From NCBI RefSeq assembly GCF_036365525.1, contig NC_090401.1, positions 42,926,683-42,990,682 of the forward strand: DNA of 64,000 nt, read 5' to 3'. The position numbers and the translations under genes were made by a program. Source of the DNA: Heterodontus francisci (lineage: Eukaryota). Shown piece after piece: positions 48,566-61,854 of the stretch (positions are counted from its first letter, which is position 1; every line of letters starts with the position of its first letter). Below the pieces are notes generated by a model, which was not told the origin of the DNA, did no database searches, and saw only the letters and a program-made list of their open reading frames with translations.

Positions 48566-49349
48566 CTCACAAATGCCGTAACACTTTTCAAATACAATTA
48601 AATACTTTAAAGATGCTGAGGTTCAATGGGAGTAGGAAATAACTAAAGAAAATAATACCAACAGCAGCTGCAAAGATTATATGGGGAGGGACAGAAGCGG
48701 ATGAATGGGGGCGGTGGGGAGAGAGTCGGATGAGTTAACTGACATTACTATTTCCCTTCAGTTTTACACTATAGATCAGGAAATGTTTCTTCTGGCCCTC
48801 CCTGGACACTGGGCTATGTGGGATGCCAATGTGTGTGTGACTAGCAACCTGTGACACCAAGACATTGAATGTGCAGGGTTATGGGAAGGCGGCGGGGGAA
48901 CTGGCATTAGGTGAATTGCTCATTCGGAGAGCCGGTGCAGACACGATGGGCCGAATGGCCCCCTTCTACACTGTAACAATTCTGCGAAACATCCCATCAC
49001 AGTGTCACCGACAGGCATAACTGGTACTAAACTGTCATCAGAGGCAAAGAAATGTGCACTGCCCCAGTAGATGTTATGATTATAAATGTAGACCGATGGA
49101 TATTTGAAGTACTCCTCCCCCTTAAGCAACAACTAGCACTTTAATTCTCAGCCGGTCACACAGGCACCGGCTAACGCCTTGATTTCTGAAACAAACTCCC
49201 ATAGAAAATAGGTCCACAACTAAATGATAAAACGTTTCGACGTTAAGTAAACGCTTATTGGATCACAGCAGAATTTTACTTTCCTGATCATCAGTGATTC
49301 GCAAACTGTGATTTAAAAAAAAATAATGTTTGCAAATTGAAAGTAATAA

Positions 49350-49486
49350 ATGGAGCCCGCGGAATGATATCAGCAGGGAGGTGGTGGAGCGGTTGACGCA
49401 GGCGCGCTGTTGCTGCATCGATGACGTGACCACGTAGGTGGCGGCTGGAGCCCCGCGCTTGTTGCAGTGAGGCCACTGGGAACTTA
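49350..49486 (+). promoter_or_regulatory. DHDDS CpG-rich promoter and probable non-coding exon 1
   Basis: CpG cluster, TGACGCA, GATGACGTGA, CCACGT; candidate donor |GTGAGT at 49487 and acceptor ATAG| at 50994. Confidence 0.5.
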
Positions 49487-51042
49487 GTGAGTCGGAGGCC
49501 GATACTGGGAGACCGGCGGAATGGGGTCTGGGATTGGTATATCGGGGGAAGAGGATGGGAGACCGAGGAATATACCGCACGGCAGCTTCGCTTAAGCCTA
49601 GAGCTCAACCTTGTGCTTGGCTGATTGGCAGTTTGAGCGAGGAGGGTGACGTTGCTGTTTCTTATTGGCTTGGTCTACTGTCAATCGGAGGGAGGTTGTC
49701 TGGTGTCTGGCATCTGATTGGATCCGAACAGCATGTGGGTGGGGCTAGATAAAGGTTGAAGTTCAGGAGAAGGCTCAGTGATGACTTGCTAGTTGAAGTT
49801 CTTCAAGGTTATGAAGGGGTTTGATAGGGGAGTCGGAGAGAAAATGTTCCCATTTGTGAGACGACCAAAACCGAATATCATAAATAGGATAGTCGATAAT
49901 AAATCTAATAAGAAATTCAGGAGAAACCTCTTTTCGCAGAGAGCGGTTAGAATTGGAATGAAAACAAGAAATACTAAATTTCCAGCATTTCTTGTTTTTC
50001 TCAGATTTCCAGCAGCTGCAGAATATTGCTTTTGTGTTAGAATGTGGAACTTGCTCACAAGAAGTTGTTGGGTGAATAGTGTAGATGCACCAAAGGGGAA
50101 ATTGATCTAATGGAAACACATGAGGGGGAAAGGAATAGAAGGTTATGGTATTAGGGTGAGATGAATAGGGAAGCGTAAACACCAGCATAGACCTGTTTGG
50201 TTGAATTGCCTGGTGCTCTGCTGGACATGATTATAAAATCATACAGCGCAGAAGGAGCTCATTCAGACTGTTTTACCTGTGCTGGCTCTTTAAAAGAACT
50301 GCCCAATTTAGTTCCATAACCCAGTTTTATCCCCATAATCCTGCAAATTAATCCTCTTGAAGTACATGTCTGATTGCCTTTTGGAAGTTCCAATGGAATC
50401 TGCCTCCAGCACCCTTTCAGGAATGCATTCCGGATCACCCTCCGTGTGGGGAAAAATATCTTCTAATTTCTCCTTGACTTATTTGGCTAATTATTTTCAA
50501 TCTATGACCTCTGTTTACTGAGCCACTTGCCAGAGGAAACTGTTTTTCCCCCTTGCTTTATTAAAATGTCTCAATTTTGAACACCTCTATTAAATGTCCC
50601 CTTAACTTTGGCTGCTCCAAGGAGTACAATGCCAGCTTCTCCGATCTCTCATATACCTGAAACCTCTTATCTCTGGTATCATTCTGGTAAATTTCCTCTA
50701 TATCTTCTGCAAGGCCTTGACCATCCTAAAGTGTGGTGCCCAGAATTGTACACAACATTCCATGTAACATAAATTGACAGTGATGTTGGAGAGCTCAAAT
50801 TACTTCTGCCAGTTGTAAGAATTGATTATGATACTTCTGGGCCTCCCTTCAGAGAAAAGTCACTCAGTTCCTCTGGCACTGAAGGGCTTTTCTCCAACCT
50901 TGTGTGTTGCTACTTGCTGCAGGAAACCTGGAGGCATTGGTGAGAACGAATGGACCAGCTGATCTTCATAATCTACTCCTCTCCCATTTTATAGACTCCT
51001 GCCAGGTCTGTCTCTGCAGTGAAGAGCATCCAACCCCTGAGA

Positions 51043-51105
51043 ATGTCTTGGATCCAGGAGGCAGAGCTGAACCCTGTAGAGAGGCTGTGTGCATCCATTT
51101 TAAAG
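51043..51105 (+). CDS. DHDDS: Dehydrodolichyl diphosphate synthase subunit, coding exon 1
   Basis: MSWIQEAELNPVERLCASILK (63 nt); donor AAG|GTAATT. Confidence 0.9.
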
Positions 51106-52170
51106 GTAATTATATTCATTTATCTTCAAAGGGAAGGCAAATTTGGTGGGCGGGGGGAGCGAGCTACAACTTGGGAAAACCAGATGATAAGGAAATCTAG
51201 CTTTTTACAATAAACTTCAAATTTCTTGTTGCACATCCACCCGTTGCTTTACCTCTCTGTACTCAAGTTGATGGTCACTGACCAGTTACAGTTATCTGTT
51301 TCTCAGAGAGGCTTCTGTGTTCATTTGGGTCAGACTCTCAATTTAGTCTCTGGGCAGCCTGACCCTATGGGAAAAACACTCCCAGAAAAGTACAGTCATT
51401 GTATCTGCTGTGGATTTCTGCGTCCAGCTTCTGTTAGTACAGCCTCCTATACATGTAATTGAGGATATACTCCTCACAATGTCTTCACTTTTAGCAGGAG
51501 CTATGTGCTTCTTTGTGTTCCTAGCTCCAGATGCTAACAGTTCTTTAATGATGTGAGGAGATCGTCATAAACTAAACTTAAATTCTGCAATTCACACACA
51601 GCATAGATGTTCCAAATTGACTTTATAAGATGTAAGTTTTATTTGCACTGTCACCAGCCTGGTGTGCGTGTAGTCCAGGCTGACACTTTCCATTTTTATT
51701 CTCTTCCTTCTCACCAGGCCATACTGTGATCTGCTGCTCTGTTGCCTTTCAATTTCATCTGATATTCCTGCAGTCCAATGCCTTGATGAGCAGAGTGTGC
51801 ACAAGTGGGGAGTGTGCCTATGCTGATAGGCTGCAAAGTTTCAGCTTGTTAAACTCCAACAGTACTGTTTGCAGTATGGGGGTGGGGGAACCATGTCCAT
51901 TGCTAACCACCTAAACCTTGCATCCATAAGGGCTATGTCCCTTCGCTTGGGGTGGGGACGGATGGAGGGAAAAGAGTGTGCACTCCATAACGGGCAAACA
52001 AAAACCCCAGCTGGTTGCTTTGGAGATTCTGGAGCTCAGTAATTGTTTTGGTTGACCAAAACAATGATTTGTCTCCTCACTGTTTGGTGTGTTGCCCTAT
52101 ACCAGAAGAATCTGAATAATTAGTCTTTCTACAGTAGACAGTTCTAAGCATATGTAATCCTGTTCTGCAG

Positions 52171-52287
52171 GTTGGTCCAATGCCTGAGCATGTGGCCTTC
52201 ATCATGGATGGGAATCGACGCTATGCACAGAAATGTCGAGTGGAGAGAGAGCAGGGCCACTCCCAGGGGTTTGAGAAGCTGGCTGAG
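52171..52287 (+). CDS. DHDDS: DHDDS coding exon 2
   Basis: [18 protein letters not shown]...[11 protein letters not shown], the cis-prenyltransferase motif I. Confidence 0.97.
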
Positions 52288-52579
52288 GTAATAGGCTACA
52301 ATCATGTATCACTTTCACATCCCAAGTGCTTATTCCTTTTCCTTGCTGAAGCATCAAAGAGTTACTTCTTTCCATTCAGGTGGCACGGAGGGGCTTTGTT
52401 TTAAATCAAAACATCTGGCTTATGAACACTTCTGTTTGGGATACTCCCAAACTGCACGTCTCCCTTGGGATACAGTCTGGGCAGCTGCAATGCTGTGAAT
52501 TTATTTTTACATTTAGGCTTGACTTCAGTAAATTGACAAGACTTCCTAGAGTGTGTTCAGGAAAATTTTCTACACTGTA

Positions 52580-55500
52580 TACTGTTGGGGGAGATAGCTT
52601 CTCGGGAATGCAGCCAGAGCCCAGTGTGTGGCACCACGGGTAGCTCAGCTGCATAGGAGGGGAGGAAAAAGAGTGGGAGAACTATAGTGATAGGGGATTC
52701 TATTGTAAGGGGTACAGATAGGCATTTCTGTGGCTGCAAATGTGACTGCAGGATGGTATGTTACCTCCCTGGTGCTAGGGTCAAGGATGTCATGGAGCAG
52801 CTGCAGGACATTCTGAAGGGGGAGGGTGAACAGTCAGAGGTCGTGTTACACATTGGTACCAACGACATAGGTAGAGGGATGAGGTCCTGCAACAAGAATT
52901 TAGGGAGCTAGGTAGCAGATTAAAAAGCAGGACCTCAAAGGTTGTAATCTCTGGATTACTCCCGGTGCCACGTGCTAGTCAGTATAGGAATAGGAGGATA
53001 GAGCAGGTGAAGGTGTGGCTGATGAGATGGTGCAGGAGGGAGGGCTTTAGTTTCCTGGATCACTGTGACTGTTTCTGGCAAAGGTGGGACCTGTACAAGT
53101 TGGACGGGTTGCACCTGAACCGGAACGGGACCAACATCCTTGCTGGGAGGTTTACTAGTGCTGTTGGTGGGGGGTTTAAACTAATTTGGCAGGGGGGTGG
53201 GATACAGAGTGGAGGTACAGTAGGGGGTGATGCACAGTCAAATATAGAAGAAAAACTGAGTCAGTCTGGAAGGCAGGGCAAATATAGACCTGTTAAGGCA
53301 CAAGCGAATAATGCAAGACTGGATTGCATCTATTTTAACGCAAGGAGTCTTACTAGTAAGGCAGATGAATTGAGGGCGTCGATTAACACATGGGAATATG
53401 ATATTATTGCTATCACAGAGACGTGGTTGGGAGAAGGGCAGGACTGGCAGCTCAATATTCCAGGGTATAGAATCTTCAGGCGTGACAAGGGAGAGTGTAA
53501 AAGAGGAGGTGGCATTGCACTGTTGTTCAAGGAGTCAATTATTGCAGTAAGGAGGGATGATATCTTAGAAGGTTCCTCAAATGAGGCCATATGGGTAGAA
53601 CTTAAAAACAAAAAGGAGGCAGTCACTTGGCTGGGAGTGTACTACAGGCCTCCAAACAGTCAGGGAGAGATAGAGGAGCAGTTATATAGGCAAATCTCAG
53701 AGAGGTGTAAAAATAATAGGGTAATAATAGTCGGGGATTTCATCTTCCCCAATATCAACTGGGATGGTCTTAGTTCAAAAGGCTTAAAGGGAGCGGAATT
53801 CTTAAAGTGCATACAGGAGAGCTTTTTGAAAGCACGTAGAAAGTCCTGCAAGAGAAGGGGCAGTACTGGACCTAATCCTGAGGAATGAAGCCAGACAAGT
53901 GGTAGAAGTCAGTGGGGGAGCATTTCGGGGATAATGACCATAACTCTAAGATTTAGGGTAGTTTTGGAAAAGGACAAAGAGGGACAAGAAATAAAAGTTC
54001 TGAATGGGGGGGGAAGGCCTATTTCAATATGATAAAACAGGATCTGGCCAAAGTGGACTGGGAGCAGCTACTTGTAGGAAAGTCTACATCAGACCAGTGG
54101 GAGTCATTCAAAAAGGAAATAGTGAGAGTTCAGGGCCAACGTGTTCCCGTAAAGGTGAAGGGTAGGACCAACAAGTCCAGGGACCCTGGATGTCAAGGGA
54201 TATAGAGGATTGGATAAGGGAAAAAAAAGGAGGCTTATGGCAGATTCAAAGCGCTGAAAACAACGGAGGCCCTAGAGGAGTATAGAAAGTGTGGTGGGGG
54301 GGTGGGGGGGGTGGGCTACTTAAAATAAAAAGTAATTAGGAGAGCAAAGAGGGGACATGAAAAAACACTGGTGGGCAAGATAAGGGAAAATCTGGCAAGA
54401 GGATAACCAGGGAAAGAGTAGGGCCCATTAGGGACCAGAGTGACAGTCTGTGTGTGGAGCCGGAGGACATAGGTGAGGTTTTAAATGATTACTTTTCATC
54501 TGTGTTCACTATGGAGAAGGATGATGTAGGTGTAGAGATCAGGGTGGAGGATTGTGATATACTTGAACAAATTAGCATTGAAAGGGAGGAAGTATTAGCT
54601 GTTCAGTGGGCTTAAAAGTGGATAAATCCCCAGGCCCAGATGAGATGTATCCCAGTTTGTTATGTGAGGCAAGGGAGGAGATAGCAGGGGCTCTGACAAA
54701 AATCTTCAAATCCTCTTTGGCCACTGGAGAGGTACCAGAGGACTGGAGGACAGTGAATGTGGTACCATTATTCAAGAAGGGTAGCAGGGTTAAACCAGGT
54801 AATTGCAGGCAAGTGAGTCTAACATCAGTGGTAGGAAACTATTGGAAAAAGTTCTGAGGGACACAATTAATCTCCACTTGGAGAGGCAGGGATTAATCAG
54901 GGATAGTCAGCATGGCTTTGTCAGGGGGAGGTCGTGTCTAACAAACTTGATTGAATTTTTCGAGGCGGTGACTAGATGTGTAGATGAGGGTAAAGCATGA
55001 TGTAGTCTACATGGACTTCAGTAAGGCTTTTAATAAGGTCCCGCATGGGAGATTGGTTAAGAAAGTAAGAGCCCATGGGATCCAGGGCAATTTGGCAAAG
55101 TGGATCCAAAATTGGCTTAGTGGCAAGAGACAGAGGGTGATGGTCGAGGGTTGTTTTTGTGAGTGGAAGCCTGTGACCAGTGGTGTACCACAGGGATCGG
55201 TGCTGGGACCCTTGCTGTTTGTAGTGTACATTAATGATTTAGATGTGAATATCGGAGGTATGATCAGTAAGTTCGCAGACGACATGAAAATTGGTGTTGT
55301 AAATAGTGAGGAGGAAAGCCTTAGATCACAGGACAATATAGATGGGCTGGTAAGATGGGCAGAGCAGTGACAAATGGAATTTAATCCTGAGAAGTGTGAG
55401 GTGATGCATTTTAGGAAGACTAACAAGGCAAGGGAATATTCAATGGGTGTAGGACCCTAGGAAGTAGAGCGTCAGAGGGACCTTGGTGTACTTGTCCACA

Positions 55501-56165
55501 GATCACTGAAGGCAGCAGCACAGGTGGTTAGGAAGGCATATGGGATACTTGCCTTTATTAGCTGAGGCATAGCATGTAAGAGCAGGGAGTTTATGATGGA
55601 GCTGTAAAAAACACTAGTTAGGCCACAGCTGGAGTACTGTGTACAGTTCTGGGCACTATAGGAAGGATGTGATTACACTGGAGAGGGTGCAGAGGAGATT
55701 CATCAGGATGTTGCCTGGGCTGGAGCATTTCAGCTATCAAGAGAGACTGGATAGGCCAGGGTTGTTTTCCTTAGAGCAGAGAAGACTGAGGGGGGACCTG
55801 ATTGAGGTATACAAAATTATGAGGGGCATTGATAGGATAGATAGGAAGAAACGTTTTCCCTTAGCGGAGGGGTCAATAACCAGGGGTCATAGATTTAAGG
55901 TAAGGGGCTTGAGTTTTAGAGGGGATTTAAGGAAAAAAAATTTCACCCAAAGGGTGGTTGGAATCTGGAACACACTGCCTGAAGGGGTAGAGGCAGGAAC
56001 CCTCACAGCATTTAAGAAGTATTTAGCTGTGCACTTGAAACGCCATAACATACAAGGCTACGGGCCAAGTGCTGGAAAATAGGATTAGAATAGATAGGTG
56101 CTTGATGGCCAGCACAGACACGATGGGCCAAAGGGCCTGTTTCTGTGCTGTATAACTCTATGACT
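52580..56165 (+). mobile_element. Near full-length CR1 LINE: ORF1 SGNH esterase, APE, RT and 3'UTR
   Basis: VIGDSIVRG...LPGARVKD...HIGTND...DGLHLN (esterase); YFNARSL, ITETWL, YYRPP (APE); RT motifs; tail GGGCCAAAGGGCCTGTTTCTGTGCTGTA. Confidence 0.92.
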
Positions 56166-56291
56166 TTACAGCAGTATGTTTCCTGTCTAACTAGAGGGGA
56201 GACACTGCTGGGCTGGTTCCTGGGAATGAGGTGGGCCAAGTGGATCAAATATTAGTAGGAGAATACTTGGGGTACAGTGATCATTATATCA

Positions 56292-57166
56292 CAGGGTTGT
56301 CCAACATAGGGCCCGCGGGCCAGGATCCAGCCCGCCAAAGGTTCCCATCTGGCCTATGGGTGTAAACTGTACCCAGGGCCGTTCCTCATCCTCATCAGGG
56401 ATTCATGACTGGAGATGGGAAATTTCCCTTTGTCATCTTCTTGCAGACCTGCCTTTTTAAAAACATTGCACTGTCAGTTTCACAGCTGATAGCTGCTGAA
56501 GCAGGAATGCGCTTCCCAACTTAGGACAGATTCAAGGTTTTTTGACTTTTTTAAAAAGCGCTCCCTGCAATTGTCAGAGAGAGGGGAACAGAGAAAGAGA
56601 GAGAACGGAGGGTGGGGGAAACAGAGAGAGAAAGGGGGGCGAGAAACGTAGAGAGAGAGAAAAACAGAGAGGGGGACAGAGAGAGAGGGAGGGGAAAACA
56701 GAGAGAGAGATACAGAGACAGATAGAGGGGGACAGAGAGAGAAAAGGGGGGATGGGGGGTGACACAGAGCAAGGCCGACACAAAGAGTGGGGGAACAACA
56801 CAGAGAGGGGGAAACACAGGGAGCGACGAGAGAGAGATCAAGATCACTCCTGACAGATGGATATCTATTGGAATACTCCGCATTGCTACAACGGGTATGC
56901 GGGCAGACATTGACTACTTGTGCAAGCAAAAAAAGGCCAGGTATCGCACTAAATCAGTGTCCAACATAGTGATGAGAAAGTAAGTCAGTAAATTAATATT
57001 CTCATTTAAAGCTTCTTCACAAAAATGCATATTTGCTGTTGTTTTGATAGTAAGATAAATTTTTAATGCCTTTATCTTTCCAAAATTGTCTCACTGCCCA
57101 CCCCCCCCCCCCCCCCCCCCCACTAATGTAAGACAAAAATTGTAATGTGAAAGGTTGGACAACCTG
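56292..57166 (+). mobile_element. hAT (Charlie/Buster-type) deletion derivative
   Basis: TIRs CAGGGTTGTCCAAC / GTTGGACAACCTG; 8-bp TSD TTATATCA / TTGTATCA; transposase C-terminal remnant at 56841-56952. Confidence 0.85.
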
Positions 57167-58627
57167 TTGTATCATAAGATTTAGGTTCGCTGTGGAAAAG
57201 GACACTGAAAAATCTAGAGTAAGAATAATTAACTGGGGGAAAGCCAACTTCAATGGGGTAAGAATGGACCTGGGCCGAATAAATTGGAATCAAAGGATGG
57301 CAGGAAAAATGGTAGCTGAACAATGACTACCTTCAAAGAAGAGATATTTCAGGCACAGTCAAGGTATATTCCCTTGAAGGGGAAAGATAGGGCAAACAAA
57401 TCCAGAGCTCCGTGGATGACAAAAGAGATAGAGATTAAGATGAAGAAGAAAAAGTGTGCTTATGACAGATGTCAGGTGGACAATACAATGGAGAACCAGG
57501 CTGAATATAGAAGCTTCAGAGGGGAAATGAAGAGATAGATAAGAGAAATAAAGAGGGTGTATGCAAAGACACTGGCGGCTAAAATAGAAGGGAATACCAA
57601 AGTCTTCTATAGACATATGAATAGTAAAAAGGTGGTAAAAGAAGGAGTCGGCCCAATTAGGGACCAAAAAGGGGGTTTACACATGGAGGCAGTGGGAATA
57701 GCTGAGGTACTAAATTAATACTTTGCATCTGTATTTACTAAGGAAGAAGATGTTACCCAGACCACAGTGAAGTAGGAGGTAATTAATATACTAGAAGGAT
57801 TCAAAGGTGTTAAGAAGGAGATTTTAGATAGGCTGTCTATACGTAAAGTTGATAAAGCGCCAGGACCAGATGAGATACATCCAAGAATACTGAGGGAAGT
57901 GAGAGTGGAAATTGCAGAAGCATTGGCTGTAATTTGCCAGTCTTCCTTAGACTCCGGTGGTGCCAGATGACTGGAGAATTGCAAATGTTATACCTTTGTT
58001 CAAAAAGGGTGTAAAGATAAACCCAGCAACTATAGGCCAGTCAGTTTAATTTTGGTGGTGGGGACACTTCTAGAAACAATAATTTGGGACAAAATTAATA
58101 GGCATATGGATGAATGCGGGTTAATTAAGCAAAGCCAGCATGGATTTGTCAAGGGAAAATCATGTTTAACTTGCTGGAGTTTTTTTGAAGAGGTAACGAG
58201 AGGGTTGATGAGGGCAGTGCTGTTGATGTGTTGGACATGAACTTCCAGAAGGCATTTGATACAGTACCGCACAACAGACTTGTGAACAAAGTTATTGCTC
58301 AGGGAATAAAAGGGACGGTAGCAACATGGATACAAAATTGGCTGAGTGACAGGAAACAAAGTAGTGATTAATGGATGTTTTTCGGGCTGGAGGAAGGTTT
58401 GTAGTGGAGTTCCCTGGGGTCATTGTTGGGACCCTTGCTCTTCCTGATGTATATTAATGACCTTGATGTACAGGGCACAATTTCAAAATTTGCAGATGAT
58501 ACAAAACTTGGAGGCATTGTGAACTGTGAGGAGGATAGTGTACAACTTCAAAAGGACATTTAAAGTTGTTGGAATGGGTGGACAAGTGGCAGATGAAGTT
58601 CAATATGGAGAAATGTGAATTGGTTCG

Positions 58628-58968
58628 TTTTAGTAGAGATACAGCACTGAAACAGGCCCTTCGGCCCACCGAGTCTGTGCCGACCATCAACCACCCATTT
58701 ATACTAATCCTACACTAATCCCATATTCCTACCAAATATCCCCACCTGTCCCTATATTCCCCTTCCACCTACCTATATTAGTGACAATTTATAATGGCCA
58801 ATTTACCTATCAACCTGCAAGTCTTTTGGTAGGAAACCGGAGCACCCGGAGAAAACCCACGCAGACACAGGGAGAACTTGCAAACTCCACACAGGCAGTA
58901 CCCGGAATCGAACCCGGGTCCCTGGAGCTGTGAGGCTGCGGTGCTAACCACTGCGCCACTGTGCCGCC
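58628..58968 (-). mobile_element. HE1-like V-SINE
   Basis: Near-identical reverse complement of 16893-17235. Confidence 0.9.
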
Positions 58969-59308
58969 TATTTGATAGAGGTATTCAAAATCATGAGGGG
59001 TCTGGACAGACTAGATAGGGAGAAACTGTTCCCATTCATGAAAGGATCAAGAACGAGAGGGCACAGATTTAAAGTAATTGGCAAGTGAAGCAAAAGCGAC
59101 ATGAGGAAAAGGTCAGAATGCACTGCCCGAGAGTGTGGTGCAGGCAGGTTCAATCGAGGCAGTCAAAAGGGAATTAGACTGTTATCTGCAAAGGAACAAT
59201 GTACAGGGTTACTGGGAGAAGGCAGGGGAGTGGCACTCGGTGAACTGCTCATTCGGAGTGCTGGTGCAGACACGATTGGCCGAACGGCCTCCTTCTGTGC
59301 CGTAAAAA

Positions 59309-60429
59309 CTGCCCTAGCAAAACTGAGGTCAATGGGAATCAGGGGGAAAACCCTCCGCTGGCTGTAGTCATACCTAGCGCAAAGGAAGATGGTTGTGGTT
59401 GTTGGAGGTCAATCATCTGAGCTCCAGGACATCACTGCAGGAGTTCCTCTGGGTAGTGTCCTAGGCCCAACCACCTTCAGCTGCTTCATCAATGACCTTC
59501 CTTCAATCATAAGGTCAGAAGTGGGGATGTTCGCTGATGATTGCACAATGTTCAGCACCATTCGTGACTCCTCAGATACTGAAGCAGTCCGTGTAGAAAT
59601 GCAGCAAGACCTGGACAATATCCAGGCTTGGGCTGATAAGTGGCAAGTAACATTTGCGTCACACAAGTGCCAGGCAATGACCATCTCCAACAAGAGAGAA
59701 TCTAACCATCTCCCCTTGGCATTCAACGGCATTACCATCGCTGAATCCCCCACTATCAACATCCTAGGGGCTATCATTGACCAGAAACTGAACTGGAGTA
59801 GCTATATAAATACCGTGGCTACAAGAGCAGGTCAGAGGCTAGGAATCCTGAGGCGAGTAACTCACCTCCTGACTCCCCAAAGCCTGTCCACCATCTACAA
59901 GGCACAAGTCAGGAGTGTGATGGAATACTCTCCACTTGCCTGGATGGGTGCAGCTCCAACAACACTCAAGAAGCTCGACACCATCCAGGACAAAGCAGCC
60001 CGCTTGATTGGCACCCCATCTACAAACATTCACTCCCTCCACCACCGACGCACAGTAGCAGCAGTGTGTACCATCTACAAGATGCACTGCAGCAATGCAC
60101 CAAGGCTCCTTAGACAGCACCTTCCAAACCCGTGACCTCTACCAACTAGAAGGACAAGGGCAGCAAGTACATGGGAACACCACCACCTGCAAGTTTCCCT
60201 CCAAGTCGCACACCATCCTGACTTGGAACTATATCGCTGTTCCTTCACTGTCGCTGGGTCAAAATCCTGGAACTCCCTCCCTAACAGCACTGTGGGTGTA
60301 CCTACCCCACATGGACTGCAGCGGTTCAAGAAGGCAGCTCACCACCACCTTCTCAAGGGCAATTAGGAATGGGCAATAAATGCTGGCATAGCCAGTGACG
60401 CCCACATCCCATGAATGAATAAAAAAAAA
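59309..60429 (+). mobile_element. Young CR1/Jockey-group LINE 3' part (family B partner)
   Basis: Open ORF 59389-60135 (GVPLGSVLGP, MFADDCT, YKAQVRSVMEYSP); tail ...CCCATGAATGAAT plus A-run. Confidence 0.9.
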
Positions 60430-60689
60430 TGATTCTTTGAATGAAATGGCAGGAGCTCAATGCTCCCAGACAATCTTATTAATTTCACAACTGCTAAAAA
60501 TCATATATGTTACTGACAGTTCACCTGGATCTGAGATTCTCTAAGATATGGGGAGTTGGATATGAAATCCAAGACAATCTGGAGTAGGGTAGGAAAGACT
60601 GCAATGCAAGGGGTGAGGGGCTGTGGGGAGTGAGGGGCTGTGAGGTGTAACACTGTTTGAAGTGACGGCAAGTTGGCATTTTGTTACAG

Positions 60690-60832
60690 ACCCTTCGCTG
60701 GTGTTTGAACCTGAATATCCGAGAGGTGACTGTTTACGCTTTCAGTATCGAGAATTTCAAACGCTCCAAAGAGGAAGTGGATGGGCTGATGGAACTTGCG
60801 CGGCAGAAATTCACAAGACTCCTTGAGGAACA
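60690..60832 (+). CDS. DHDDS: DHDDS coding exon 3
   Basis: [47 protein letters not shown], read manually; 143 nt. Confidence 0.96.
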
Positions 60833-61402
60833 GTAGGCTTTCAGGAAATTGCAACAACATTAAGTAACTACGCAGAATCTAATAACGGGTCCCCACGTTG
60901 TCGCTCTCACACAGCCAGAGCTTCAATGACTACAAATTGTACAAACAAAGCATGAGCAAATTACTGGTGTTTTCACTAACATTCTGGCAAGGGCCCTGTG
61001 CCTGACCCAAGGCACCCCCACCCCCTGACCGCGGGTCCCAGGACCAAGGGGAGGCGGGGACATCCAAAAACAATGATCACAATAGCCCTTCAGGTGTGGT
61101 ACTGACTCACCCGTGGACTATACAGATCCCTGGTTTAGAGAGGGGAAATCAGCCGGGGTTCCTTCTCCTCTTGGGATTAGAATGAGTGGAAATCAGCCAG
61201 GGTTTCCGCTCCTGATCACTGTCCACTGACCTCTGGACTTCCTCTTTAAAACCAGAATCCTCTTGGTATTCGTGTATGCAGTAACAGTGCTGAAAATACC
61301 AGTGAAGAGATCACCCTCCCTCCCCATGCAAAAAAAATCAAACTTGTTGATTTACTTATTTTAAATTTAGATTGACAAAGGATTTCATCATTTTCCATCC
61401 AT

Positions 61403-61724
61403 GTGGCAGCCAAATTGTGCACAGCAAGTTCCCACAAATAGCAAAGTGTTAATGATGTTGATTGAGGGATAAATATTGGCCAGGACATGAGGGATAACTC
61501 TCCTGCTCTTCTTCGAAATAGTGCCTTTGGATCTTTACAGGCACCTGAGAGGGCCTCTGTTTAACATTTCATCTGGAAGACGGCACCTCCAACAGTGCAG
61601 CACTCCCTCAGTAATGCACTGGAGTGTCAGCCTTGATTTCTGTGTTCAAAATCCTGGCATGGGACTTGAACCCACAACCTTCTGACTCAGAGGTGAGAGT
61701 GCTACCAACTGAGCCATGGCTGAC
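61403..61724 (-). mobile_element. DeuSINE (SacSINE1-like)
   Basis: Same core and tRNA head as 19170-19614. Confidence 0.72.
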
Positions 61725-61854
61725 ACAATGTCATGCACACTGGTGAAATCAGGGTTAGACTGGTTGGATTATGGTTTTGCCTGGATATAGAGTGTAAAGT
61801 TCCCATGCAGAGTTTGTTAACAGTAAATGAATTGCTTTTATTTTCAATCTCCAG

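Larger units (their letters stand above)
56170..59305 (+). mobile_element. Second CR1 LINE, degraded, hosting a hAT element and a SINE
   Basis: SDH, APWMT, GPDEIHPRIL, QHGFVKGKSCLT and KFADDTKL remnants; internal deletion at the SINE. Confidence 0.8.

Noticed and set aside
52965-53888. 307-aa esterase-endonuclease fusion as a novel host gene
   Set aside because: Part of a decayed CR1 with frameshifts on both sides; the fusion is best explained by a one-base indel in a G-run.
56480-56983. Several low-complexity ORFs (also 38023-38304 and 61993-62214)
   Set aside because: Translations of GA/CT or TG microsatellite tracts; only the short hAT C-terminal remnant is meaningful.
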